64,000 bases of DNA from Chiloscyllium plagiosum. Lineage: Eukaryota. The translations under genes were made by a program, and so were the position numbers. This document shows positions 50,825 to 61,047 of the stretch, piece by piece. Every line of letters begins with the position of its first letter. Position 1 is the stretch's first letter. The notes under the pieces were generated by a model. The model searched no databases. It saw nothing but the letters and a program-made list of their open reading frames with translations, and was not told where the DNA came from. The stretch lies in NCBI RefSeq assembly GCF_004010195.1, contig NC_057717.1:26214509-26278508 (forward strand). The letters run 5' to 3'.

Positions 50825-52287
50825 GGGGAGCAAGAGAAAGAGAGAGAGCCACAGAAAATGGGGGAGATACTAAATGAATATTTTGCATCAGTATTTACTG
50901 TGGAAAAGGATATGGAAGATTTAAACTGTAGGTAAATAGATGGTGACATCTTGCAAAATGTCCAGATTACAGAGGAGGAAATGCTGGATGTCTTGAAACG
51001 GTAAAAGGTGGATAAATCCCTAGGACCTGATCAGGTGCACCCGAAAACTCTGTGGGAAACTAGAGATGTGATTGCTGGGCCTCTTGCTGAGATGTTTGTA
51101 TCATCAATTGTCACTGGTGAGGTGCTGGAAGATTGGAGGTTGGCAAACGTGGTGCTACAGTTTAAGAAGGGTGGTCAGGACAAGCCAGGGATTCCCTCCA
51201 ACAATTTGCCCACCACCGAAGTCAGGATCACATAGACCAGTGAGCCTGACCTCGGTGGTGGGCAAGTTGTTGGAGGGAATCCTGAGGGACAGGATGTATA
51301 CGTATTTGGAAAGGCGAGGACTGATTCGGGATAGTCAACATGGCTTTGTGCATGGGAAATCATGTCTCACAAACTTGATTGAGTTTTTTGAAGAAGTAAC
51401 AAAGAAGATTGATGAGGGCAGAGCAGTAGATGTGATCTATATGGACTTCAGTAAGGCATTCGACAAGGTTCCCCATGGGAGACTGATTAGCAAGGTTAGA
51501 TCTCATGGAATACAGGGAGAACTAGACATTTGGATACAGAACTGNNNNNNNNNNNNNNNNNNNNNNNNNNNNNNNNNNNNNNNNNNNNNNNNNNNNNNNN
51601 NNNNNNNNNNNNNNNNNNNNNNNNNNNNNNNNNNGATAGTGAAGAAGGCGTTTGGTATGCTTTCCTTTCTTGGTCTGAGTATTGAGTACAGGAGTTGGGA
51701 GGTCATTTTCCGGCTGTACAAGGCATTGGTGAGGCCACTGTTGGAATATTGTGTGCAATTCTGGTCTCCTTCCTATCGGAAGGATGTTGTGAAACTTGAA
51801 AGGGTTCAGAAAAGATTTACAAGGATGTTGCCAGGTTTGGAGGATCTGAGCTACAGGGAGAGGCTGAACAGGTTAGGACTGTTTTCCCTGGAGGGTCGGA
51901 GGCTGGGAGGTGACCTTACAGAGGTTTACAAAATTATGGGGGGCATGGATAGGATAAATAGGCAAAGTCTTTTCCCTGAGGTTGTGGAGTCCAGTCCTGG
52001 AGGGCATAGGTTAAGGGTGAGAGGGGAAAGCTATAAAAGAGACCTAAGGGGCAATCTTTTCACGCAGCGGGTGATACGTAAATGGAATGAGCTGCCAGAG
52101 GATGTGGTGGAGGTTGGTACAATTGCAACATTTAAGAGGCATTTGGATGGATATACAAATAGGAAGGGTTTGGAAGGATATGGGCCGGGTGCTGCCAGGT
52201 GGAACTACATTGGGTTGGGATATCTGGTCGGCATGGACAGGTAGGACCGAAGGGTCTGTTTCCATGCTGTACCTCTCTATGACTCTA
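50825..52287 (+). mobile_element. CR1 LINE ORF2 (RT), 5'-truncated, spanning a small gap
   Basis: Peptides RPVSLTSVVGKLLEGIL, QHGFVHGKSCLTNL, YMDFSKAFDKVPHG and LEYCVQFWSP. Confidence 0.93.
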
Positions 52288-52329
52288 AAGAAGAGGTACA
52301 GAACAATGCAAAAAAAATTTAAAAATAAA

Positions 52330-54560
52330 AAATGATAAATAAAATAAATGAAATAAAATTACGGAGCAGAATGAACACAGAGGGATCGAGATGGGATAAT
52401 CATCTGAAGTTGTTGAATTCAATGTTGAGACCAGCAGGCAGTAACGTGCCTAGTCGGAAGATGAGATGCAGTTCCTCCAGTTTGCGTTGAGCTTCACTGG
52501 AACATTGCAGCAGGCCAAGAACAGACATCTGGGCGTTGGGGCAGGTATGTGTGTTGAAGTGGGAAGCTACGGGAAGGTCCGGGATCTGATCGCATACAGA
52601 TCGAAGGTCCTCAGCAAAGTGATCACCAGTCGGTGTTCTGTCTCACTGATATAGAGGAGACCACATTGGAGCAATGAATGCAATAGACCAAATTTAAGAG
52701 GTACAAATGAAACGCTGCTTAATCTGAAATGAGTGTTTGGGGCCTTGGATGGTGAGCATGGAGGTAAAGGGGCAGGTGTTGCACCTTCTGCGATTGCGTG
52801 CAAAGGTGCCGTTTGTGAAGGGAGAGGTGTTAGGTCTGATGGAGGAGTGGACTAGGTTGTCTGGGAGGGAACAATCCCGGCGGAATGCAGACAGGGGGAG
52901 CGAAGGGAAGATGTGTTTAGTGGTGGCATCGTGTTGGAGTTGGCGAAAATGGCGAAGGATTATTCTTTGCATGTGAAGGCTGGTGGGGTGAAAGGTGAGA
53001 ACAAGAGGGACCCTAACCTTGGTCTGGGAGGGGAGGGAGGGGGTGAGGGTCCTGGCGTTGGAGATGGACCGCACGCTGTTGAGATCCCTGTCAACAACTG
53101 TTGGTGGGAAGCCACGGTTGGAGAAGAAGGACCACTTATTACGAGCACCACTTTAGAAAGTGGCCTCATCAGAACAAATGCGGCGGAGGCCAAGGAGCTG
53201 AGAGAAAGGGATAGAGTCCTTAAAGGACGTAGGGTGAGAAGAACTGTAGTCCAGATAGCTGTGGGAGTCAGTGGGCTTGTAATGAATATTAGTGGATAGA
53301 CTATTGCCAGAAATGGAGACAGAAAGGTCAAGGAAAGGAAGGCAAGTGTCGGAGATGGACCAGGTGAAGTTGATGGAGGGATGGAAACTGAAAAAGAAGT
53401 CTATGAACTTTTCCATGTCAGGACGAGTGCATGAAGCTGCACCGAAATAGTCATCGAAAGAACCGATCACGCAGTTGTGGGAGGGGACCCGGGTAGGCTG
53501 GGAACAAGAAATGGCAGGCATAGCTAGGACCCATGCGGGTATCCATTGCTACACCTTTGGTTTGGGGAAAATGGGATGAGTTGAAGGAGAAGTTGTTGAG
53601 AGAGAGAACAAGTTCAGCCAGGCAGAGGAGATTGGTGGTGGATGGAAATGGTTAGGGCCTCTTTTCGAGAAAGAAGCGAAGAGCTTTCAAGTCATCTTTG
53701 GTGTGGGATGGAGCCGTAAAGAGATTGCACATCCATGGTGACTAGAAGGTGGTTAGGACCTTCGAATTGAAAGTTGTCAATGTGTCGCAGGGCATCAGAG
53801 AAATCCCAGATGTAAGTGGGGAGGGAGTGAACCAGAGGAGTAAGGATGGAGTCAAAGTAGGAGGAAATAGGTTCAGTGGGTCAGGAGCATGCTGATACAA
53901 TGGGCCTGCCGGGACAGTCCTTCTTGTGGATTTTGGGGAGTAGGTAGAAACGGGCTGTCCAGGGTTGAGAGACTCTGAGGTTGGAAGCTGTGGGGGGAGG
54001 CATCCGGAGGAAATGAGGTCAGTCACGGTGTTGGAGACAATGGTTTGAGGCTCAGTGGTGTGGTCATGCTCCCGGGGGAGGTAGGAGGAGGAATCTGAGG
54101 GTTGGCGCTCAGTCTCTGTGAGGTAGAGATCAGTACACCAGACGACAACAGCACCCCCTTTGTCAGCAGGTTTGATGACAAGGTTTGGGTTGGATCTAAC
54201 GGAGCGAAGGGCAAAATGTTCGGATGGAGAGAGGTTGGAATGGGTAAGGGGGCAGAGAAATTACGGCGGCCAATGGCCCGTTGACAATTGTCAATGAAAA
54301 GATCAAGGGCAGGAAATTGTCCTTTCGGGGGTGTCGAATTAGAGGTGGAATGTTGGAGGGATATGAAATGATCTGTGGAGCGGGGGGAGTACTTTTGCCC
54401 AAAGAAGTGAGCACAAAGGCGAAGGAAGAAGAGCTCAGCATCATGTCGAGATTTGGCAAAGGTTCAGTTAGACTCAAAATGTCAGCTCTTTTCTCTCCTT
54501 ACAGATCTGCGAGACCTGCTGAGGTATTCTCTTTTGGTTTCAGATTCCAGCAACCGCAGT
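52330..54560 (-). mobile_element. Penelope-like retroelement (RT plus GIY-YIG), frameshifted
   Basis: Peptides FHPSINFTWSISDTCLPFLDL, YKPTDSHSYLDY, RICSD, VPLVLTFHP and CGLLYISET. Confidence 0.92.
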
Positions 54561-55439
54561 AATTTGCTTTTATCCATAATCTCAACAAATATGCTTGGAA
54601 AACAATTCATTATGGATTAGTTATAAATGATATTCTTAGAACCGTTGCCAGTGACATTAAAGGTTGAGATAGGTTTTCAACTAATAAGATGCAAAATAAT
54701 TTCTGATTATATATTATGCCACTAAACATATCGCAGATAACTGAGGCACAAAGAAAATATGCAGCACATTTCCCTCTGCCTCACTCAAATATTCCTTGTT
54801 GCCAACAACCAATGAAAACTCTTCGCAATCTGCCTTTTTTTCCTGAAGTGTTGGTTCTGATTGAAACAATTTAGTCAGGGCTCCTAATCAAATGTTAAAT
54901 TTCTGGCAGCAAAAAAAGTGGTTTTGAAGCGCAACATAAAATGGAACTGTCTGAGATTCAGGTATCCGAACTGGCCAATTTACAAATGGTCAGGACTAGT
55001 TGACAAGTTAGTCGGAGATAGCACTGAAACAAACTGTATAACAGTCTTGATCCTAGCAGATACATCTGCTCAATTCCTCACGTCAAATATATTTGTTACA
55101 ATTTTATATTCATCAGAGAAACTAACCAGAGGATTAATGTGGGCGTAAATTTAATTCACTCAAGTTACTTGTGAAACTAGTGAAATTGATCTGTTCTTCA
55201 TCGAATCGAGCAGAATTTCCAAATGTCTTTGCCAATGATATTATCCAGCCAGAAAACTTGAGTGTAGTGTACAGCGGAATTAAAAGGTGTTTCTTGATCA
55301 ATTATAACACAGTCATGGCATTTTTTCTCAAGAGTAAGAACTATTAGAACACTATACGTTTGAAATTCTATTTATATTTCTCGATGACGTATAAACTGTT
55401 TAAAGACAGACCTTGTGATTGAACCAGATAGCTGGGTTT

Positions 55440-55710
55440 AGATTAGATTACATCACTTAAACTGTGGAAACAGGCCCTTCAGTCCAACAAGTCCACACCG
55501 ACCCTCCAAAGAGCAACCCACCCAGACCCATTCCCCTACAGCTGACAGTATGGGCAATTTAGCACATTTTTGGACTGTGGGAGGAAACCCACGCTGACAA
55601 CGGGAGAATGTGCAAACTCCACACAGACAGTCGCCTGAGGCGGGAATTGAACGTGGGTCTCTGGCACTGTGAAGCAGCAGTGCTAACCACTGTCCAACCG
55701 TGCTGCCCAC
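55440..55710 (-). mobile_element. tRNA-derived SINE
   Basis: Reverse complement of the SINE at 21403. Confidence 0.85.
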
Positions 55711-56159
55711 GGTTCTGAATTTTGATTCTAACGAGTGGATTAGGTTAATCCTTAATTATTACTTCAAGTTAAAATTGGACCCGAAGGTATCTGTTTTCCC
55801 TTCATTTCCAAAACCTTTGCAATTTGTATTTCACATAATATTCGGCTTTATGAAATTTCAACTCGCATGCTGATTGCATTGAATAAGGAAACTGGAGTGG
55901 TTCACTGTCGCCAACCATGTAAATAGTACAAAAACAATGTAGGAACCAGAAAAGATTTCCCAAATATAACAAAAATTAATGTTACCCAAGCATATTCCCT
56001 CCTCAAAAGAGAAAAGATCACCAAATGACAACACTGAGGAACACCAATGTGTTTGCAGCAGAACTAGCTCTGCAAACATTTTCAACAGAACCAAGATCAT
56101 AATGTAACCTCACAAAAAAAAACTCAAATTGAAATCTAACAAAATTGGTCAGTGTTAAT

Positions 56160-56408
56160 CCGGGGTAAATGTTGGGGAACGTGTCTGGGTGTGTTGTTCT
56201 TCGGAGGTTAGGTGAATTGACCATGCTAAATTGCCCATAGTGTTATGTGTATTAATCAGTGATAAATGTAGGGGAATGGGTCTGGGTGTGTTGTTCTTCA
56301 GCGGGTTAGTGTGGACTTGTTGAGCCGAAGGGCCTGTTTCCATACTATAGGTAATCAAATCAAATTAAATCTAATCTAATCTAATCTAATCTAATCTAAT
56401 CTAATCTA
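56160..56408 (+). mobile_element. SINE 3' portion with (TCTAA)n tail
   Basis: gtgaattgaccatgctaaattgccc...gggcctgtttcca followed by the pentamer tail. Confidence 0.8.
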
Positions 56409-57049
56409 TCAAACTAATGATTAAAGTGAATAAATAACAAGTCATAACAGAAGCCTTGTTTGTGAGGGGAATTACTTAACAACACTTAAAGCTTTAAAGT
56501 TTCGGGCAACAGTTCAATTTACCTCCACCCAGTACACCTTTTCTAATCATGTCAATCTTGTGCAGTGCACAGTAGAGCAGTTGAAGGCATATAATGATTA
56601 ATCACTTTAAGGTCAAAACAAAATCAGTTCAATGGATAAATATTGCCACATTATAATTTTACGTTATTGTAAGTTTAGTTTCAATTACAAATCTGATCAA
56701 TTCTGCAGTTTTAGATTTTAGTCCCAAATTTTATTTTGAATGAGGCTACTCAAAACACACTTTTACTTAGTTTACAATTAGAACTGAAATGCACTAAAAA
56801 GGATTTTTTTTTCATTTCTCACACTTCCGTGTTTCTGCCGAAAGTTGGTTTTCAGACAGTTACAAACGGATATCATGTTTTCAATCAAGCAGAAAAATAT
56901 TGCCATACAAGTTTAACAAATGCAGAAATGATTCAGGAAAAACAAATAACTTCACAAATATTGGTAATTAAAAGTAATCCACAGAGACCATCTCCTCGCC
57001 AGAAAGAAAACACCAATTACAGAAAACATGAAAACGCAGATCAATTCCA

Positions 57050-57335
57050 CAATCTGAATAGAATCCAAGCAACTCAGTATAACAGAATCAAGGAAAATAA
57101 AATCAGAATCCAATCCACTCAAAGCAACAGATTAAAATGAAAGATAATCAGAATCCAAACAATTCGATTCAACAGAATCAAATAAAATAATTTCAAAAGC
57201 CAATCAGCGCAATTCAACAAAACCAACTAAAATCAAAGTCAGAAACAATCAACTCAGTTCAACCGCATCTTGTAAAACAAAGTCAGAATTCATTCAATTG
57301 AACAGAATCAAATAAAACAATCAACAGAATGAAAT
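57050..57335. repeat. Degenerate A-rich tandem repeat (about 45 bp) at the start of the J-C intron
   Basis: Recurring aatcagaatccaa...caacagaatcaaataaaa. Confidence 0.7.
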
Positions 57336-57860
57336 ATAACACCGCAAGAAAATTTTATAACAGTTTTTAACCTGCTTGTCATCAATAAAATTAACAAAAT
57401 AAATGACTAAATACAATCATGGTAAGAACATTATGTATACAGGAATATACTCAAGAAATCAATAATGAGATTTTAACATATTTTAATCATGTTTGCTAAT
57501 ATTTTGAATATCTTTAAATTCTTAGCATTTGTTGTCAATAATAAGACTCACACTCGGGGTTTCACTGACATTAAACATTATTTATACCTGCCTGATTAAG
57601 AGACTTTAAGTATTCCAAGTAACCCAGCCACACAGAATGCCCATCTGATCAAAAAATGAGATACACTGAGCATCTGACTCCATCAACACCATTTTAACTA
57701 TTTGCTGAGCCTTAATTAAAGCCTATAAGCAGCTTGAACAAAAATCAATCCGAACCTAACCAAACTCAGCTCAGAATCTGAGTTTAATTTAATTCAGGAA
57801 TTATTCCGATGGATAGAACGTTAACAGAAAAAAGTTACTCAGAAAGTTCAAGGGTCTTAC

Positions 57861-57923
57861 CTGAAGGCACTGTCACCATGGTCCCTTGGCCACAGTAATC
57901 AAGATAGTCTCTGGACTGGTTCA
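57861..57923 (-). pseudogene. IGHJ: JH segment with WGxG mutated to CGQG
   Basis: NQSRDYLDYCGQGTMVTVPS, donor G|gtaaga. Confidence 0.92.
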
Positions 57924-57961
57924 CACAATAACTAGCTCTGCATAAAACAAACACAAAACTA
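57924..57961 (+). other. Degenerate JH recombination signal (22-bp spacer)
   Basis: Heptamer CACAATA (57924-57930), 22 bp, nonamer ACAAAACTA (57953-57961). Confidence 0.6.
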
Positions 57962-58260
57962 ACATTATTTTACATATTCGGAACCACAAGCAAAATAACG
58001 TCACGATAAATTTTCATCACATTATAATTGCGCCAGTGGATACTGATCATTCTTGATAAGTTTTTATATAATTTTATACTTCACAGAGTATCTCATGAGC
58101 TGATTCTCAAAATGAATAACTGGTGTATCAATAATTGTCATCACTTTTACAAATTAGCAGTGATATTTGTATAAAACCCCACAGAATTAATACTGCACTG
58201 CAAATTAATATGATTTGAGGAAGTAATCGCTGACTAGTTTCAAACAAATAGGACTGAATG

Positions 58261-58288
58261 GGTTTTTGTATTGAATAGAATTGCAGTG
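58261..58288 (-). other. 12-spacer RSS 3' of the joined VD segment
   Basis: Heptamer CACTGCA (58288-58282), spacer ATTCTATTCAAT (12 bp), perfect nonamer ACAAAAACC (58269-58261). Confidence 0.85.
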
Positions 58289-58601
58289 CCACTCCACTGT
58301 ATTGCACAGTAATAGATGGTGGTGTCTTCGATCTTCAGGCTCCCCATGTCCAAAGCGAAAATGTTTTTTTATGTGTCTTTGGACGCAGTAAATCGACCCT
58401 TAATTGCCTGTGCATAGTTATTGCCGGATGAACTATAGTAGTAAACCAGCCACTCCACACCCTGTCCGGGTACCTGTCGGACCCAGTGCATGTAGCTGCT
58501 GCTCAGATCGAACCCACTGGTTTTACAGGTCAGTTTCAGGCTGCCTGCGGGACGGCCAGTTTTTGCCTCTGGCTGAGTCAAAACAACCTCCGACTGGACA
58601 C
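58289..58601 (-). pseudogene. IGHV: IgM-type VH exon, germline-joined to D sequence, with one premature stop
   Basis: [52 protein letters not shown]...[35 protein letters not shown]; TAA at 58369-58371. Confidence 0.95.
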
Positions 58602-58728
58602 CTTTAAAAAGAAAACAAATAAACCATGAGCATTAATGCTGATGAAATGATGGCTGAGTCTTTTACATTCCTCGGTAGACTAACATTGAGACAGTAACAA
58701 AGAGAGACTTGAACAAAAAAACACTCAC

Positions 58729-58777
58729 ATGATAAGAAAGTCAGTAACAAACTGAGAAAAAGTGTCGACACAATCAT
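58729..58777 (-). pseudogene. IGHV: VH leader exon
   Basis: MIVSTLFLSLLLTFLS(C), 49 bp, donor T|gtgagt, 127-bp intron to the V exon. Confidence 0.93.
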
Positions 58778-58861
58778 TCTGATAACTTATGGGAAACGGT
58801 TCTGTCAAGATCTTTCTAAACAAAGCCGCCAAAAGTGTTGAATTATGGTCTAGTGCCCAGG

Positions 58862-58984
58862 ATTTATATGGCCATCGGAAGAGGCAGACTTACAGATTCC
58901 GCATGTTGGTGTTCTGCTGGAGGCTGAGACTGCATCCTGGTATCAGCTTGCATAGCCCGAACACATCGGCTCACGTATTTACAT
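58862..58984 (-). promoter_or_regulatory. Putative VH promoter: TATA box plus octamer-like element
   Basis: TATAAAT at 58868-58862, 85 bp before the ATG; ATGTAAAT (7/8 octamer) at 58984-58977. Confidence 0.5.
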
Positions 58985-59116
58985 GAGGTTACGGTTAAAC
59001 ATGGACATACACGCATCTTGGGATATTTGTTTTGCTGAATAGCTTCTTTGGAAGTAAATTTGAGTAGCTTCAGGTCTGTTTCAGATGATAGTTGCAAGTA
59101 TTTTGTTTTAAAAACA

Positions 59117-59533
59117 TTCAATTGGAAGTTAGCACCCTTCATTTCAACATTCATTCCCAAGCAGATAAAACTAAAATCAAAGTTCAAACATATTACGAGC
59201 TAATAAAACAATTGAGCTTTTTTTTTCCTGGACACTGCAAGTCTCTGTCGCACGACAAAATAACATGTAATTCATACGAAACATTTCAAAATTCAGTTTA
59301 GGCAACTGAAAACAGAGTGTGTCCAAAGTGATTATATTTAGAATATTCAATTAGAAATTAACTCCCTTTAATCCTGCATTCAACTACAAGCAGATAAAGC
59401 TAAAAAGAACTTCAATAATATTATTAGCCAACAAAATTAGTGACTTTATTTTTAGTGACACTCAAAGTTTCTCTCACATTACAAAATAACATACCATTTC
59501 TAATCTGCGTCTCGAAATTCAGTTTAGGCAACC
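59117..59533. repeat. Diverged tandem duplication (about 228-bp period) upstream of the VH promoter
   Basis: Shared blocks caagcagataaa, acaaaataacat and aaattcagtttaggcaac each occur twice. Confidence 0.8.
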
Positions 59534-61047
59534 TAATATGGAGCATGTCTGAAGTGATTATGTTCAGAATGTGAGTGGATGTCACTAAACAGTTTGGACC
59601 CGGAAATTAGAAGCACCTTCTTACATTGCAGAATATCTCTCCTTGCATTATTTTTTTCAAATTGCTCCGACCCTAAAATGCATAGTAAAGGAAAGCTGTG
59701 AACCTTTGAAACAAAATGTGAGTTGGCAGAGATACATGACACCTGCATCTCTGCAAACTTTTGAAAGAGCATCTGATGAACTAGAACAAGACAGTCCATA
59801 AGTTTTGTTTTTCATCCTCAACATCTAAACCATTGCAGGTAATTGTCTGGGCACATCAGGCATGGTTGGTTAAATTAGAGCGTATTACAATAATCAATAC
59901 CACGGATGTAGGTCATAAACAGTACATTTCTCTGCTCACTGATAGCTCTGACAGGGGCAGTTAACTCATAAAAATCAGCAAAAATTCACGGTTACACTAC
60001 ACCAGTGTTAACCATGTATAAAGGGCCCTCTCAGTTTTAATGAGATACATGAATCAGAGAATGGTACAACAAGTGACGTGAGTTTGAACCAATTCAAGTT
60101 TATTAATTTACTTTGAGATAATAACAAATGTTACTGCAATGTGGGATTTCGGATCCATTAACATCATATTCAGGAGCTTTAAAGATACTCAGTAAACAGG
60201 CTGAACTAACCAGAACGTCACTGCATTCAATGTCCTGTTTTCTGATAGTCATACAGTGAATGCTGTATTCAGTGACTTTCCTTTTTAAAGAAGAAATATC
60301 AAGTGAAATGTGTCCAATGTGAGTAAATGGGAAAATGTAGTTTGTTTGGTAGGACTTTACTTTAGTTGATTCATTTTCCCTTTAATCGGCCAGATACAAT
60401 AGTTGGCAGCAATTAAGCTGACTGCAGAAAAGGTCCTTGAGTTCCCAGTTTCATTTACTGGATCAGGTGGAGTTTCTGTAGTGGATCAAAAATATTTTGT
60501 CTCACTGTTGACCAGTTGGTGGAAAGCCAACTGCTAACCATAACCACCGCCTCCGCACAAACAAATCTACTCAGCAACAATGCTGGAGGAAAGTTTATTT
60601 TTCAGTTGTGTAACTTGGAGAACTAGTCCCTCTTCTCATTGAAGGAAATATTCGCAGAGTCTCAGACACAACCTAAACATCAACAGTTCTTTCAAGCATC
60701 ACTACAGCACTGTTTAATATTGAGAAAAATTGATAAATAGTCAGAGAGTCATGTAGTGATACAGCATGGTTACAGACCCTTCGGTCCAACCAGTCCATGC
60801 CAGTCATAATCCCAAACTAAACTAATCCCACCTGTGTGTATTTAGCCCATATCCTTCCAAACATTTGATATCCATTTACTTATCCAAATGTCTTCTAAAG
60901 GTTGTAAGTATCCACCACCAGATCAACCCATACACAAACCATTCTCTGTGTAAAAAGTTGTCTCTGATATGTTTTTTAAAGTTTTTCTCCTCTCATTGTA
61001 AAAACATGTTCCCTATTGTTGAAATTCCCCACCATAGGGAAAATACG

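Larger units (their letters stand above)
38229..58777 (-). pseudogene. IGHM: Shark IgM heavy-chain cluster pseudogene: L-VD(D)-J-Cmu1-Cmu2-Cmu3, with Cmu4/TM not seen
   Basis: Ordered, co-oriented phase-1 Ig exons with GT-AG boundaries and multiple disabling lesions. Confidence 0.93.

Noticed and set aside
51072-52244. 390-aa ORF as a host gene
   Set aside because: It is a CR1 reverse transcriptase read through an N gap.
58140-58200. Residual D segment between VD and J
   Set aside because: The nonamer-like and heptamer-like words there do not have 12 or 22/23 spacing.
58270-58301. TACAGTG read as the V segment's own RSS heptamer
   Set aside because: It lacks the essential CAC and would need a 25-bp spacer. 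CACTGCA with an exact 12-bp spacer fits better.
38229-58777. IgW, IgNAR or TCR identity
   Set aside because: The V framework and all three C exons match shark IgM motifs ([39 protein letters not shown]).
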